Shown here piece after piece: positions 44,396 through 56,499 of a stretch of DNA of 64,000 nucleotides. The DNA comes from the human T2T-CHM13v2.0 reference genome, Homo sapiens: the NCBI RefSeq assembly GCF_009914755.1, contig NC_060929.1; one strand, written 5' to 3'. Positions within the stretch are counted from its first letter, which is position 1, and every line of letters starts with the position of its first letter. The notes beneath the pieces were generated by a model. The model did not search any database and had not been told where the DNA came from. It saw only the letters and a program-made list of their open reading frames with translations. The translations under genes and the position numbers were made by a program.

Positions 44396-44451
44396 TGACT
44401 ACTCACAAATTGCTGTCTTTCTGCCCGTGCCCACCCCCCTCCCCACTGCAG
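44396..44451 (+). promoter_or_regulatory. 3' splice acceptor of the ADRA1B intron (candidate branch point, pyrimidine tract, CAG)
   Basis: tgactactcac branch-like motif near 44396-44405, then AG-free ctgtctttctgcccgtgcccacccccctccccactgCAG ending at 44451. Confidence 0.9.
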
Positions 44452-45065
44452 GCTCCTTGTTCTCCACCCTGAAGCCCCCCGACGCCGTGTTCAAGGTGGT
44501 GTTCTGGCTGGGCTACTTCAACAGCTGCCTCAACCCCATCATCTACCCATGCTCCAGCAAGGAGTTCAAGCGCGCTTTCGTGCGCATCCTCGGGTGCCAG
44601 TGCCGCGGCCGCGGCCGCCGCCGACGCCGCCGCCGCCGTCGCCTGGGCGGCTGCGCCTACACCTACCGGCCGTGGACGCGCGGCGGCTCGCTGGAGCGCT
44701 CGCAGTCGCGCAAGGACTCGCTGGACGACAGCGGCAGCTGCCTGAGCGGCAGCCAGCGGACCCTGCCCTCGGCCTCGCCGAGCCCGGGCTACCTGGGCCG
44801 CGGCGCGCCACCGCCAGTCGAGCTGTGCGCCTTCCCCGAGTGGAAGGCGCCCGGCGCCCTCCTGAGCCTGCCCGCGCCTGAGCCCCCCGGCCGCCGCGGC
44901 CGCCACGACTCGGGCCCGCTCTTCACCTTCAAGCTCCTGACCGAGCCCGAGAGCCCCGGGACCGACGGCGGCGCCAGCAACGGAGGCTGCGAGGCCGCGG
45001 CCGACGTGGCCAACGGGCAGCCGGGCTTCAAAAGCAACATGCCCCTGGCGCCCGGGCAGTTTTAG
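44452..45065 (+). CDS. ADRA1B: ADRA1B exon 2 coding part (ECL3, TM7, helix 8 and the whole cytoplasmic tail of the alpha-1B adrenergic receptor); exon 1 lies upstream of the window
   Basis: Translation [43 protein letters not shown]...[17 protein letters not shown]...MPLAPGQF-stop is the recognisable alpha-1B C-terminus, with the class A GPCR NPxxY motif (NPIIY). Pyrimidine tract and CAG acceptor at 44449-44451; phase-1 junction G|GC; TAG at 45063-45065. Confidence 0.98.
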
Positions 45066-45500
45066 GGCCCCCGTGCGCAGCTTTCTTTCCCTGGGGAGGA
45101 AAACATCGTGGGGGGGAGGGGAGGGCGGGGCGGAGGGGGGAGGGGAGCGTCCACGCCGGGTAGACGCGCGCCCCAAGGGGAACCGGGGGGAGGGCCGGGG
45201 AGAGGGGCAGCTGCTTTTCTGGCAGGGGCATGGGTGCCAGGTACCACGCGGAAAGCCGGGCCGAGCATGCTGAGAGCCTGGGGGACCCGACGCCGCCGGG
45301 ATTTACCTCTCTCTCTCCCTCTGTGTATATATAAACGAGTCCCTCTCTACTTGTATTTAACCGTGGGTGCACGTGAGTGTGACTGTGCGGTGTGCGTGTG
45401 TTCCGCTTGTGTGTGTGCGTGGGGCCGCCCTGTGAGGGCGCGGCGACTGTGCGCCCAGGAGGCAACCGGGGGCGTTGTGTGTGTCGTGACTTCGTACCTC
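44470..45500. promoter_or_regulatory. CpG island over ADRA1B exon 2
   Basis: About 1 kb of very high GC with dense CpG, against CpG-depleted flanks. Confidence 0.9.
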
Positions 45501-45590
45501 TCAAGCCCCTCCTTGTACTTCACTGAAGGATGGCACTTTGGTGGGGTTGGAAACAAAGTCGACATTAAAGGTCATTTCTCCTGTTCGGCT
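45066..45590 (+). other. ADRA1B: ADRA1B 3' UTR (end approximate)
   Basis: Follows the stop codon; GC-rich and GT-rich; ends shortly after ATTAAA at 45564-45569. Confidence 0.75.
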
Positions 45591-45605
45591 TTGAGTGGTT
45601 TGTGG
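45564..45605 (+). terminator. Polyadenylation signal ATTAAA with downstream GU-rich element
   Basis: ATTAAA at 45564-45569, followed about 20-35 nt later by ttgagtggtttgtgg. I saw no AATAAA earlier in the UTR. Confidence 0.75.
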
Positions 45606-46926
45606 ACGAGCGGCAGGCAGAGCCTTGCGTTTCCTCTTCCTTCCGCTTCGGATTTGACCCGGTCCTAGGTCTTAGGGTCCTTCGCTTTCCATTCCCCTGC
45701 CCTCCAGTCTCCACCCCAGAAGAGCCGCTCTCACCACGTCTTGAGGACAATTAGTGCTGGCTCCCCTAGGTCCCATTTACGCCTTTGCGGTTACTGACCT
45801 ACAGGGCTGCACCAGTCTGGCCCTGTGGCTGAACGTGACGCCCTGGACTTGCCTAATGAATCCTGCTTGCCTGCTTTTGACCCTTAGCAGAATCTGAATC
45901 CTCCTGCGGCTCCTTCCTGCTGTGACCAACACTGAGCAATGTCTGGCTTGGTCCTGATCCCTAGACCCAACCCCAGCTGGGGTTCCCCGGCCAGTCCCCT
46001 AAATGGGCCTGTTTCCTGAGAGATGATGAAGCTCAGGCAGAGAGAGGGGCTGGTTCCCTTCCCCTCACCTTTGCATTCCCAGGCCAGCACTCCACTGATT
46101 GTTTGCCTGTGCCCACAGAACTCGAAAAGACATCCAAACTGCAGACGTTTCTGGATAAGATATGGATCCTTGGGGCCCAGCAACATACAGGGTCACAAGA
46201 ACCCTCCCAAGCTCTGCTGACTTGTGACCCTGCCTGGAAAAAAGCACTGAGGAAGGTCACACAGAAAGGTGGAGCATTCTTTGGAGTCGATAACTTGGGT
46301 TCTAGTCTCAGTCCTACTACTGATTTATTGTATGAAGAGCAGAGACTTACTTCCCTCTCTGGATCTTGGTTCCCCATCTGTGTAATGGTGGAGTTGACTC
46401 TAAGGTCTTTGCTGCCTCTGAAAGCCCCTAGTTTGAAAAGAGAATAAAGGACACTGAGCAAAATCTGAAACATTTTTCTTCAGAGATGCAGAAAAGCCTA
46501 GGAGGAACGCTCTTCCCCCATCCCATCCCTTTTTTTCTTTCTACTTTGCTTTTCTAAGTTGAGCTTCATAATTTTGCAAATGGCAAGAACCTCTTCCAAT
46601 AATATTAGCACATCGATCATTCATTCTGTAGGTGATTGAGAGAGAAAATACTTAAAGGGGAAAGAGCCAGTGATTGATGTAGTTGAAAAGTATAGGGGTG
46701 TCAGGTATGGCTGGATCCAGGGGCACAAACGAGATTGTCAAGTTACTCACAGTCTCTTACTCCTTCCTGTAGCTTCCATCTTTTAGTTCTGCTTATCTTT
46801 GTGTATTACCCTAGTTTCCTTATTGCAAATGCCTTCCTCATGACATTCTTACAACTTGATATCCCCAAAAGGAGAAACAAGATTGCCCAGCAGTTCTGTC
46901 AAAAAATGAAAAAGAAAAAGAAAACC

Positions 46927-47318
<392 letters not shown>

Positions 47319-48945
47319 TTACATTTTCATTCAATTTTAGATGCCGTACCCTTGTGTAAGATCTCACTATCCATGGTTTATATGCTCTGAACTGGATTTT
47401 AGTAATTTTCTAGGCCAACTCCCTCAATTTTACACATGGGGAGACTGAGGTAAATAATTTGACTGGGTCACACCAAAGCTGTAGAACCCAGGTCTTCTGC
47501 CTCTTTGTCCAGTACCTTTTACATTCCCCTGTGCTTTGTCCAGTACCTTTTACATTCCCCTCTGCTACCATCCTGTAGTTAAGTACATCCTCCAACAGAG
47601 AGCAGTCCTCTTCTTGCCTGAATAGAGAAAAGGGGGCCCTAGGAAAAGAAAAGCCCCAACTCCATTCCCGGAGAACAAGGGATCATTTGGGGAAGTTCTG
47701 AAAACATTGTGTTAGGATCACAAATCTTCTAACAAATCTTACGCAGAAATCTGATATAAGATCAGCCCATAGTGGAGTGGAGAGAAGACAGAGCCTCCTC
47801 AGCCTCCTCCTCTTCCTGAGACACTTGCTCTGGCCTGCCCCAATCACCCTGGGGTTCCACAGAATGATGTTTAAAAATCACTGGTCTAGTGTAAGCAAAT
47901 GGAATTTGGAGTCAGTAGGGCCTTGGTTCAAGTCTTGGCTCTGCATGACCTTGGGCAGTTCATCTTGCCTCTTCTGGTCTAGCAAATGGACATGATCATC
48001 ACAGCCCACCAGGACACACAAAGGATTCAACGAGATCATTGTAGTATAAACACCGAAATGCAAATCACTGGGCAGATGCAAGTTATAATTTGGACCTTGG
48101 ATATTTGAAGCCACAAGGCACCAAAGGCATTTCCTGAGCTGCTCAGTTCTGATGATCTCATTCATTACTGGTGTTTGGAGGTCACCCAGGCAGCATAGAG
48201 AGGCGGTAGCAGCCTCCTGTTTCTTTCCAGAAGGAAGACTGGCCAAGTAGTGGCTTACATCCCCTAGAGGGTGCTAGGGTCCAGATCTGGCCCTAGCCAG
48301 AGTCTACATTTTGCTGGCCTTTCCAAGTCACTTCCTTGTAGCCAGGCTCTAGGAGGACCCAGAGTTCATCAAGAGCCCCTCAGGCAGACAGGTCCTCTCT
48401 GTTCTGATCTCCCAACTAGCAGCAAAGCAGCCCTACTATTTCCTCTCCAGCCACCCAGACTGCTGGGTCATTGTCACCACTGAAGCATGCACAGGAATAA
48501 ATCTGCCAACCCCAGTCAAGAGGCCAGTGGCTTGGCAAGTGGAATACTAGTTAATTTTCCAGACCTGGACTCAAATTCCACCTCTGCCAGTTAGTAGCTG
48601 TGTGACATTGGGCAAGTTACATCATGGGTCTAAACCTCCATTTCCTTAACTATAAAATAGAGATAATAATACTAATTACTTCATAGGGACATTGGGGGAT
48701 CAAATGAGATCATGAGGCTAAAACAGTTGACACCATGCCAGGCACTTGGTGAGCATCCCATGAACAGTAGCTATTAACAGAGGTAGTCATTCTTCAATTA
48801 TTTACTTGGATGTATGAAATTTGGAAAATCTGGTTATAGAGACAAAACAATTCAGGTTTTTTTGGTCAGATTCCAGGTTTTAGGACTTAGGGTCCACCGT
48901 GAAGAAGAAAGACATAAATTTATCACGGAGTAAAAGAATTTTGTT

Positions 48946-49239
48946 GGCTGGGTGCGGTGGCTCACACCTGTAATCCCAGCACTTCGGGAGGCTGGGTGGA
49001 TCATTTGAGGTGGGTGGATCATTTGAGGCCAGCAGTTGGAGAACAGCCTGGCCTACATGTGAAACCCTGTCTCTACTAAATATATGAAAATTAGCCAGGC
49101 GTGGTGGCATGCACCTGTAATCCCAGCTACTCGGGAGGCTAAGGCAGGTAATCGCCTGAACCTGGGAATCAGAGATTGCAGTGAGCCAAGATAACTCCCA
49201 GAACGAGTTATCTCACTGTCTCAAAAAAAAAAAAAAAAA
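48946..49239 (+). mobile_element. Rearranged AluS (18-bp tandem duplication, 3' hairpin replacement)
   Basis: Alu start and poly(A) present; see findings. Confidence 0.88.
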
Positions 49240-50434
49240 TTGTCCTACAGCATGAAGACGCGTTACTTAAAAAGGTCATCAGTCCAAACTAAAAATAACA
49301 TTTAAACATTTAATAAAAGTTATGGAACATTCCAGGTGACAAAACCAAAATGGGTAAGGGAAGCATACATGTGTTAGGATTAGCACATCCTGTGTCAGAA
49401 GAGATGGAGGAGGGGACCAGGACAGTGGCCCTGAGCATGCACCTGGATTCAAGGCCCAGCTCTCCTACCCAAGTCAAGCACTTACCCTCTTGAGGCCAAC
49501 CACTTTGTCTGTAAATTGGGGATGCAGTTAGCACCTACTTCACAAGGTTGGGATGAATAATAAATGAGACAAAATATGAAAGAGCTTGGCACAGAGTAGA
49601 CACTATTTTTATTAACTATGGGGGACCTTGTATATCCTCCATTCCAGCAGTTCTCAACTTTTCCTGAATCAGCAGTTCCTTTAAGAATGTAATAAAAGCT
49701 AAAGAAAAATGAACATAGCAAGCTCAGACTTCACCTATTATTCCCACCCCGCTAAATCTCCCAAAGGACACATGGAACCCAGGTTATAAACTTTTCAACA
49801 AATATGGCTTCCTCAATATATAGAAGAAGCCAGAGAGAACATACAAGAGTGATGAATCTTGCCCCGTGTTAGACATGTGAACACAACACGGAAGGAGACC
49901 AAGACCCAGGCTCAGGGAACTCAGCCTGGGTGAGAGGCAGCAGGTCAGCAAGCAATCCCTTCAAGTACATCAAAGGTAGAGGGTGGCCCACTGGAGTCCT
50001 CACTTGGTGAGACCCCAGTGTCAGGCTCCATCTCCCATTGGAGGGATGGGGGTGATGGTGAAGTGCTCCAGGCTCTTGCAAGGAGGTTGCCCCCCAAGAT
50101 TGGTTGGATTTGGAAGAATTAGCATCCTTCCACGGTTTTCCCAGCATATACCTGGACCTGCCTTTTGAAAGTTAAGAGCCAAGAATTTGACACTTTTTTC
50201 TTTAGCTTCCCGTTGACAGCCATTCCCTTGGGCAATGAGTGGCTGACTTCCAGCCGACTTGGCTGGAGTCAGAGGTTAAGTGTCCAAGCTAATTCACTGA
50301 AGTGTGGGTGTTGGGGTGAGGAGGGGGCACACAGGTATGACCTGCCCTTATTCCCTCTCTGATCTTCTTTCCTACCATCCCAGTTTGCTACTCTTCAAAT
50401 GATAGGAGCAGGGGGAGCCTCACAACTCCCAGCT

Positions 50435-50840
50435 CAGGGACTTTGCACTTGTTGTCCCCTCTGCCTAGAGCCCCTTCTTTCCATGTGGCTTCCTCCATCA
50501 CCTCCTTCTCCTCTTTGCTCAAATGTCACCTTCTCGGTGATCATCCGATTTCTCTGACTGTCCAGGTTAAAAGTGACTTCCCTACTGCCAACACTGTCCA
50601 GCACTCCCTATTGCCCTTTCCCACTTAATTTTTCTCCATAGTACTTATCACCACCTGACATATATTTTTTAAATTTATTTATATGTGTATTGTCTGTTTC
50701 CCCACACACACACTAGAAATGTATATTCCATGAGAGTGGGGATATTTGTCTGTTTTGCTCACTGTTGTGTATTCTCAGCACTTCATGTAGTACCTGACAC
50801 ATTGCAGGTGTTCACTAAATATTCTTGAGTGAATAAATGT
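50435..50840 (+). mobile_element. L2 3' end
   Basis: cagggactttgcacttgttgtcccctctgcctag...ctttgctcaaatgtcaccttctc...cctgacacattgcaggtgttcactaaatattcttgagtgaataaatg. Confidence 0.8.
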
Positions 50841-51617
50841 GTACTACCCTGCCATGACTGTGAAAATGCTATAATAGCAGAATAGAGTGCTATGGGAAGC
50901 ACATGGCAGGGGGTCCTACCTCTAAATTGATGGAGCAGTTCTGGTCAGGGAGGGCTTCCTGTAAGAAGTGGCATCTGATGAATGTCATCTGGGACTCATT
51001 GCCTGGCAACCCTGGTGTTTCCATAGTTAGTGCTCTCCCTTGTGCTCCTAAGTGGGGATGGAGTCTGAAGGCCTGCCGTCTGATTCTGGCTCAGCCCCTA
51101 AGTCCCTGGCCCTCTCTAGGGCTCTGTCTATTATCTGTACTAAGCCAGAGACAATAGCTAAGCTCTGTGGATCTGTCACTCCAGCTTTTGTTCTCCCCTC
51201 CTCGTTGCACAGTCCTCAGATAAGCTATCTTTGGAGACAACTTCATTGGGATTAGTAAGACAAACAGCTTTGGCCCTTGCTCATGGCCTTATTCAGAGAA
51301 ACAGCATCTTCACAAGAGATTTACAAAACTGCTTGGGAGCAGAGGAAAACGCTAAAACCTAGTGAATGCTCTCAAATATTGTGTCAGCCACTACTGTCAG
51401 AAGCATGCTATGTCCTCACCAAACAGCACCTGAAACCCAATCAAGCACGGACACCCGTACAGTACTTCATGCACTCATTTGTTTTTTCATTCATTCATTC
51501 TACAAGCTATTCTTAAACACCTACACAAAGCTTGGAGCCAAGGACTTGAGCAAACCCTGTCTTTGCTCTCATGAAAATTTCATTCTGAAAGGGGAGCTTG
51601 TACAGTCATTCAAAATG

Positions 51618-51745
51618 GCCAGACGTAGTGGCTCACAACTGTAATCTCAGCACTTTGGGAGGCCGAGGCAAGAGGATTGCTTGAGGCCAGTACTTTGAGA
51701 CCAGCCTGGGCAACACAGTAAGACCCTATCTCTACAAAAAAAAAT
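51618..51745 (+). mobile_element. Alu left monomer (FLAM-like)
   Basis: Single arm ending in an A-run. Confidence 0.8.
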
Positions 51746-52159
51746 TAATTTAGAAAAACCTTACATACAAGGTAGAAAGACGTTTGTGTAACACACGAGT
51801 TAAGTATTAGAACCATAGAATCAGCTAGAACTGGGTGACAATCCTGATTTTCCCATTTATTAGTTGTGTCTTCTTGGGCATGTCTCCTATCCTCTGAGAG
51901 GGTCAGTTTTCTTATTCTGGAAAATGAGAATAATACCTATCTTAAAAGGTTGTCATGAAGATCAGTTACACTTGGGATGTAGCATGTTTAGTACAGTACC
52001 TGGCACATGGTACTTGTTCAGTAGATGGAAGTTATTAAGCACCATTGTAGGCATACCAATAAAGGGCTTTGGGAATCCAAGGGTTCATGTCCATTTGCAC
52101 AGAATCAGAAAGACTTCATGGAGGAAGTGGCATCTGAGATGGGTCTAAAAGATGTGGCT

Positions 52160-52450
<291 letters not shown>

Positions 52451-53749
52451 AAACATGTGGCCAAGTAGAGAGGGCAAGAAGGAGAGCAGAGGAGACAAAG
52501 CATGATGAGGAAGAGGAGAAGATGGGGCTGGGAAAGGAAGCCAGAGGCAGATCAAGGCAGCAGAAGGAGCCCCACCAATGTAAGCGGACCATCGTGTGTG
52601 GAGAGCCTAAGATTTGCCATAGAAGAGGGAAAGTCGTGTTTCATGGGGTCCACTGGGCAGCAAAAGAGAAAGGTGGAAGGAGGGACTCCAGGCTAGGAGG
52701 GTGGTTAGGGGGCCCTGACAACTGGCCAGAAATGAGGATTCAAGCAGGGAGTTTCAAGGTGAGATCTGTGAAAGGTGGCTGGATCGGTGGTCACAGAACT
52801 GACCCAAGAGTTTCCATGTCCATAGAGTTGCCCCATTACGGTTTTCATGTGACAGGCTGAACAGGTACAATAATCTCCACCCGAAAGAGGAGGAAAATGA
52901 CACTCTAAAAGATTTCTTTCTTAGGTCACATAGCTAGTGTGAGGGAGAGCCCGAACAAGACTCCACACTGCCTGGCCCCAAATGAGAAATGTTTTCTCTT
53001 ACTAGATCTTTCTATGTGACAGATGTGTTCCAACCCCAGATTATGATGCCCAAAACATAGCTCAGATGAGTAGTAGTACAGCCTGGTCATTAGGACTTGG
53101 GCTTGAGGTCAGAAAGAACTGCACTGAAATCCTGGTTCTGCTACTTGCCAGCTATGTGGTCCCAGACAGGTGATTTAACCTCTCTCAGCCTCCGTTTCCT
53201 GATTGGTAAGACTGGCAGAATAATAGAATCTTCTTCACAAAGTTGCTATGAGAAATAAATGAGCCAATGCATGGAATTGAGAAGTACTGGGCATATAGGA
53301 AATGCTCAACTAATAGCCAACAGTATTAGTGATTAGCATTATCTAGTGTGAGGAAACGGGGAAAATGGAGACTTAGAATTAGCCATCAGGAAAGCGCAAA
53401 CCTCTCTGAACCAGGGGTAAGAGGTATTAGAGGACTCTCTCTCGAGGGTAGATTATGAGATGCTTCAACTCTCCTGAGATAAGTACTATTTTGGGAGACC
53501 TCACAATAAAAAAAACCAGAAGAAAACAAATCATAAATCCAAATCATCTGAGCAAGGGCAGATACTAACTGGGGCTAATGAGCAAATGTTGGGGGCAAAA
53601 CAAGGTCCAGGAGCTGGACTCATGAAGAGACTTCTAGGCCAGGGGCTCTCAAACTTTCCAACTGCAACCCACAGGATGAAATACATTTTACATTACCACC
53701 CAGTATACATAGAGAAATACAGATATGCAGATATAGATACAGACATAGA

Positions 53750-53969
53750 TCAAGATTTCTGAATCCCGGCACTATTGAAATTTTGATTTGGAGAATTACT
53801 TGTTGGGCAGGGGTGGGCACTTTTTGCAAATTGTTGAATGTCTAGCAGCATCCCTGACCTCTACCTACTAGATGCTAGCAGCATCTCCCACCATCAGCTG
53901 TGACAATCAAAATTGTCTCCAGCCAAATGCCTCCCGGGGGGTAAAATAGCCCCCAATTGAAAACCTCTG
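53750..53969 (-). mobile_element. MER20
   Basis: ggcactattgaaattttg...gatgctagcagcatctccc...gtgacaatcaaaattgtctccagccaaatg...ttgaaaacctctg. Confidence 0.8.
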
Positions 53970-54057
53970 ATGGATAGACACGTAAGAAACAAAAGTTTCA
54001 TGAAGGTTACCCATATTTACAAAATGTACTCTAATAGTTCCCATTTTGTATTATTAG

Positions 54058-54368
<311 letters not shown>

Positions 54369-54456
54369 TAGATGTCACTTTTTTAAAAGTGCTAATTTGG
54401 GGCTGGGCACGGTGACTCACGCCTGTAATCCCCAGTGATGCATACTTAGAAAGGTC

Positions 54457-54810
54457 TGGTGGTTTTAAAATATTTCTGCAGATTCTTTGGCACTCCTGTC
54501 ATTAAGAGGTGAAGCCTAATCACCCATGCCTTGCATGTAATGCAGCAGAAGTGACCTGTGGGACTTCCAAAGTTACATAAGGTGATTCTGTTTCCACCTG
54601 TCTTTCTTTCTCGGAATGCTCACCCTTGGAACCCATCCATCATTCTATGAGAAAGTTCAAGCCACATGGAGATGTTCCTACCGGCTAAGGTCCCGGCCAA
54701 CAGTCAGCCTCAACTGTCAGACATGTAAATAACTCCTAAGTGAGAATCAACTAGCTGAGCCCAGCCAATCCCCATAATGGTGATGAAAGTAACAATAATA
54801 AATGACTGGA
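54457..54810 (+). mobile_element. MaLR LTR fragment (MLT1F/G-like)
   Basis: tggtggttttaaaatatttctgcagattctttggcactcctg...gcagcagaagtgac...caagccacatggag...ctagctgagcccagcc. Confidence 0.6.
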
Positions 54811-56499
54811 CACCTAACAGGTGCCCTAGAAAAGTCCATTCTGTCTTGACAGAGCTAATGAAATGATGGGAAATATTTGAGGTCTGGTATCTTCTGGTCT
54901 TGACTTGCAAAGGAGTCAGAGGGCATAAAGCCAGGAAGAGATGTGCTTTCTTGTTTGACTTTTTTCCCATCCAATTTAGGTAGGCAACTTTGTGTCTCGG
55001 GGACCTCCAAAACTTAATATCAACAACCCAGAACACTGGGACTAAAACCACAATGTTAGAACAACACATCAATGAGGTAGACATTATTACTGTCTCATTT
55101 TTAGGCTTAGAAAAGTCAAGGTAATTAGTCCAAGATAACATGGTTTCTAGGTGGCAGAGCCAGGATTTGAGTCATGCAGCCAACCAACCTTGTTCTGTGC
55201 ACCCCCAGCCTGGACAATCCTCCTTTGTACCTGGAAGGAAGCACCTCTCATCCTCCTGCTCCTCCAAGCTCCCACCTACCTCTATCCTCTTTCTGGTCTC
55301 TAGCTTTTAGAAAACAAAAGCCAGGAAAATTGCAAGTTTCTCCTGCTTCCCTCCCTCCGCAACACCTCACTTGAAGGAGGGAGGCACGAAGCCTGCTACC
55401 TGATTGAATCCAGGGAAAGGATGGGTGGGGGCAGAAATATGAATGAATATCACAAAATATTATCCAGTCACTCACTACCTAAATGTTTCATCAGTCCCTA
55501 TCCGAAGGCAGTTACTAAGATGCTCTGAACGTGCGTGCACACACATGCAGGACGTGGCTCTGACTCAATCTGATGTGGATGATGTTCAGTTAATCCTGCT
55601 GAAGGCCACTCCTCAAAATCTTATGTAGTGCAGGGATTGATGAGGACGCACCTGCTGCAGAATTCAGGGTTGAAAGTAACCACCTTCCTTCCCCTTCAAC
55701 CTGACCCAGGATGAGCCCAAAGGTTTCTCATGAAGGGGTTCCAAAGGCAGAGGCTGGTGGCTTCCCCACAGGACAGAGTGAGCAGGACTTCCCTATCCCA
55801 ACCAGATCCCTCTGCTGCTTCAGAAAGCCCCAAGGGCCAGCTAGTCCAGGGCTGTGATCTGTCCAAGAGAATACCCTGGACAAGGCTTTCCTCTCCACCA
55901 TCCCCCATCCCCACCCGGAAAACTCCTGCAGAGAGATGTCAGAGAGCACCAGATGCCTTCTGTTAGGATTCACCCCATTACAAGCCTTAAACCCCATGTG
56001 TTCTGGCACCACGGTCTCTCACTCTCATTACTAAGGTAACAGAGACAGGTATTCCTTCAACACCCGCTCACCGCGTGCCATTGGGGCCTCTTCTCAGCCA
56101 GACACGCTTAAGATACAGTGATGAACAACGATCTTCATCACCGTCTTAGCCGTGGGAATGTGGCAAGGGTGCCAGCCGAACCGAAATTAGGATTTGAAGT
56201 TTGATTGTGTCTGCTGCATTAGTGACTCCCAGGTCCTCCCAATCATCTGTTTGCATAAAATGGCATGCATGGGTCACAGGATTCTGCAAGAAGTGGAATT
56301 TTGCAGGTGGGTCTCTGGGGGCAGAGAGACAAGATTTTTTTTTCTAGCATCACTGATCTCTCCTTTTCTTCCTCTGTTGACCCATGTTGGCTTCCAGTTA
56401 CCAAACTACTCTGGTATTTCCCCTAATTAAAGCACTCCACGTTTATACTCCCTGACTCCACTTTCCCTCCCCGCGTTCTTGCTGCCATCCACTGAAGAT

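Noticed and set aside
44403-45176. 257-aa antisense ORF and other overlapping ORFs over ADRA1B exon 2 and its UTR
   Set aside because: Expected shadow of very GC-rich coding sequence with few stops; low-complexity Ala/Arg/Gly/Pro product with no recognisable domain.
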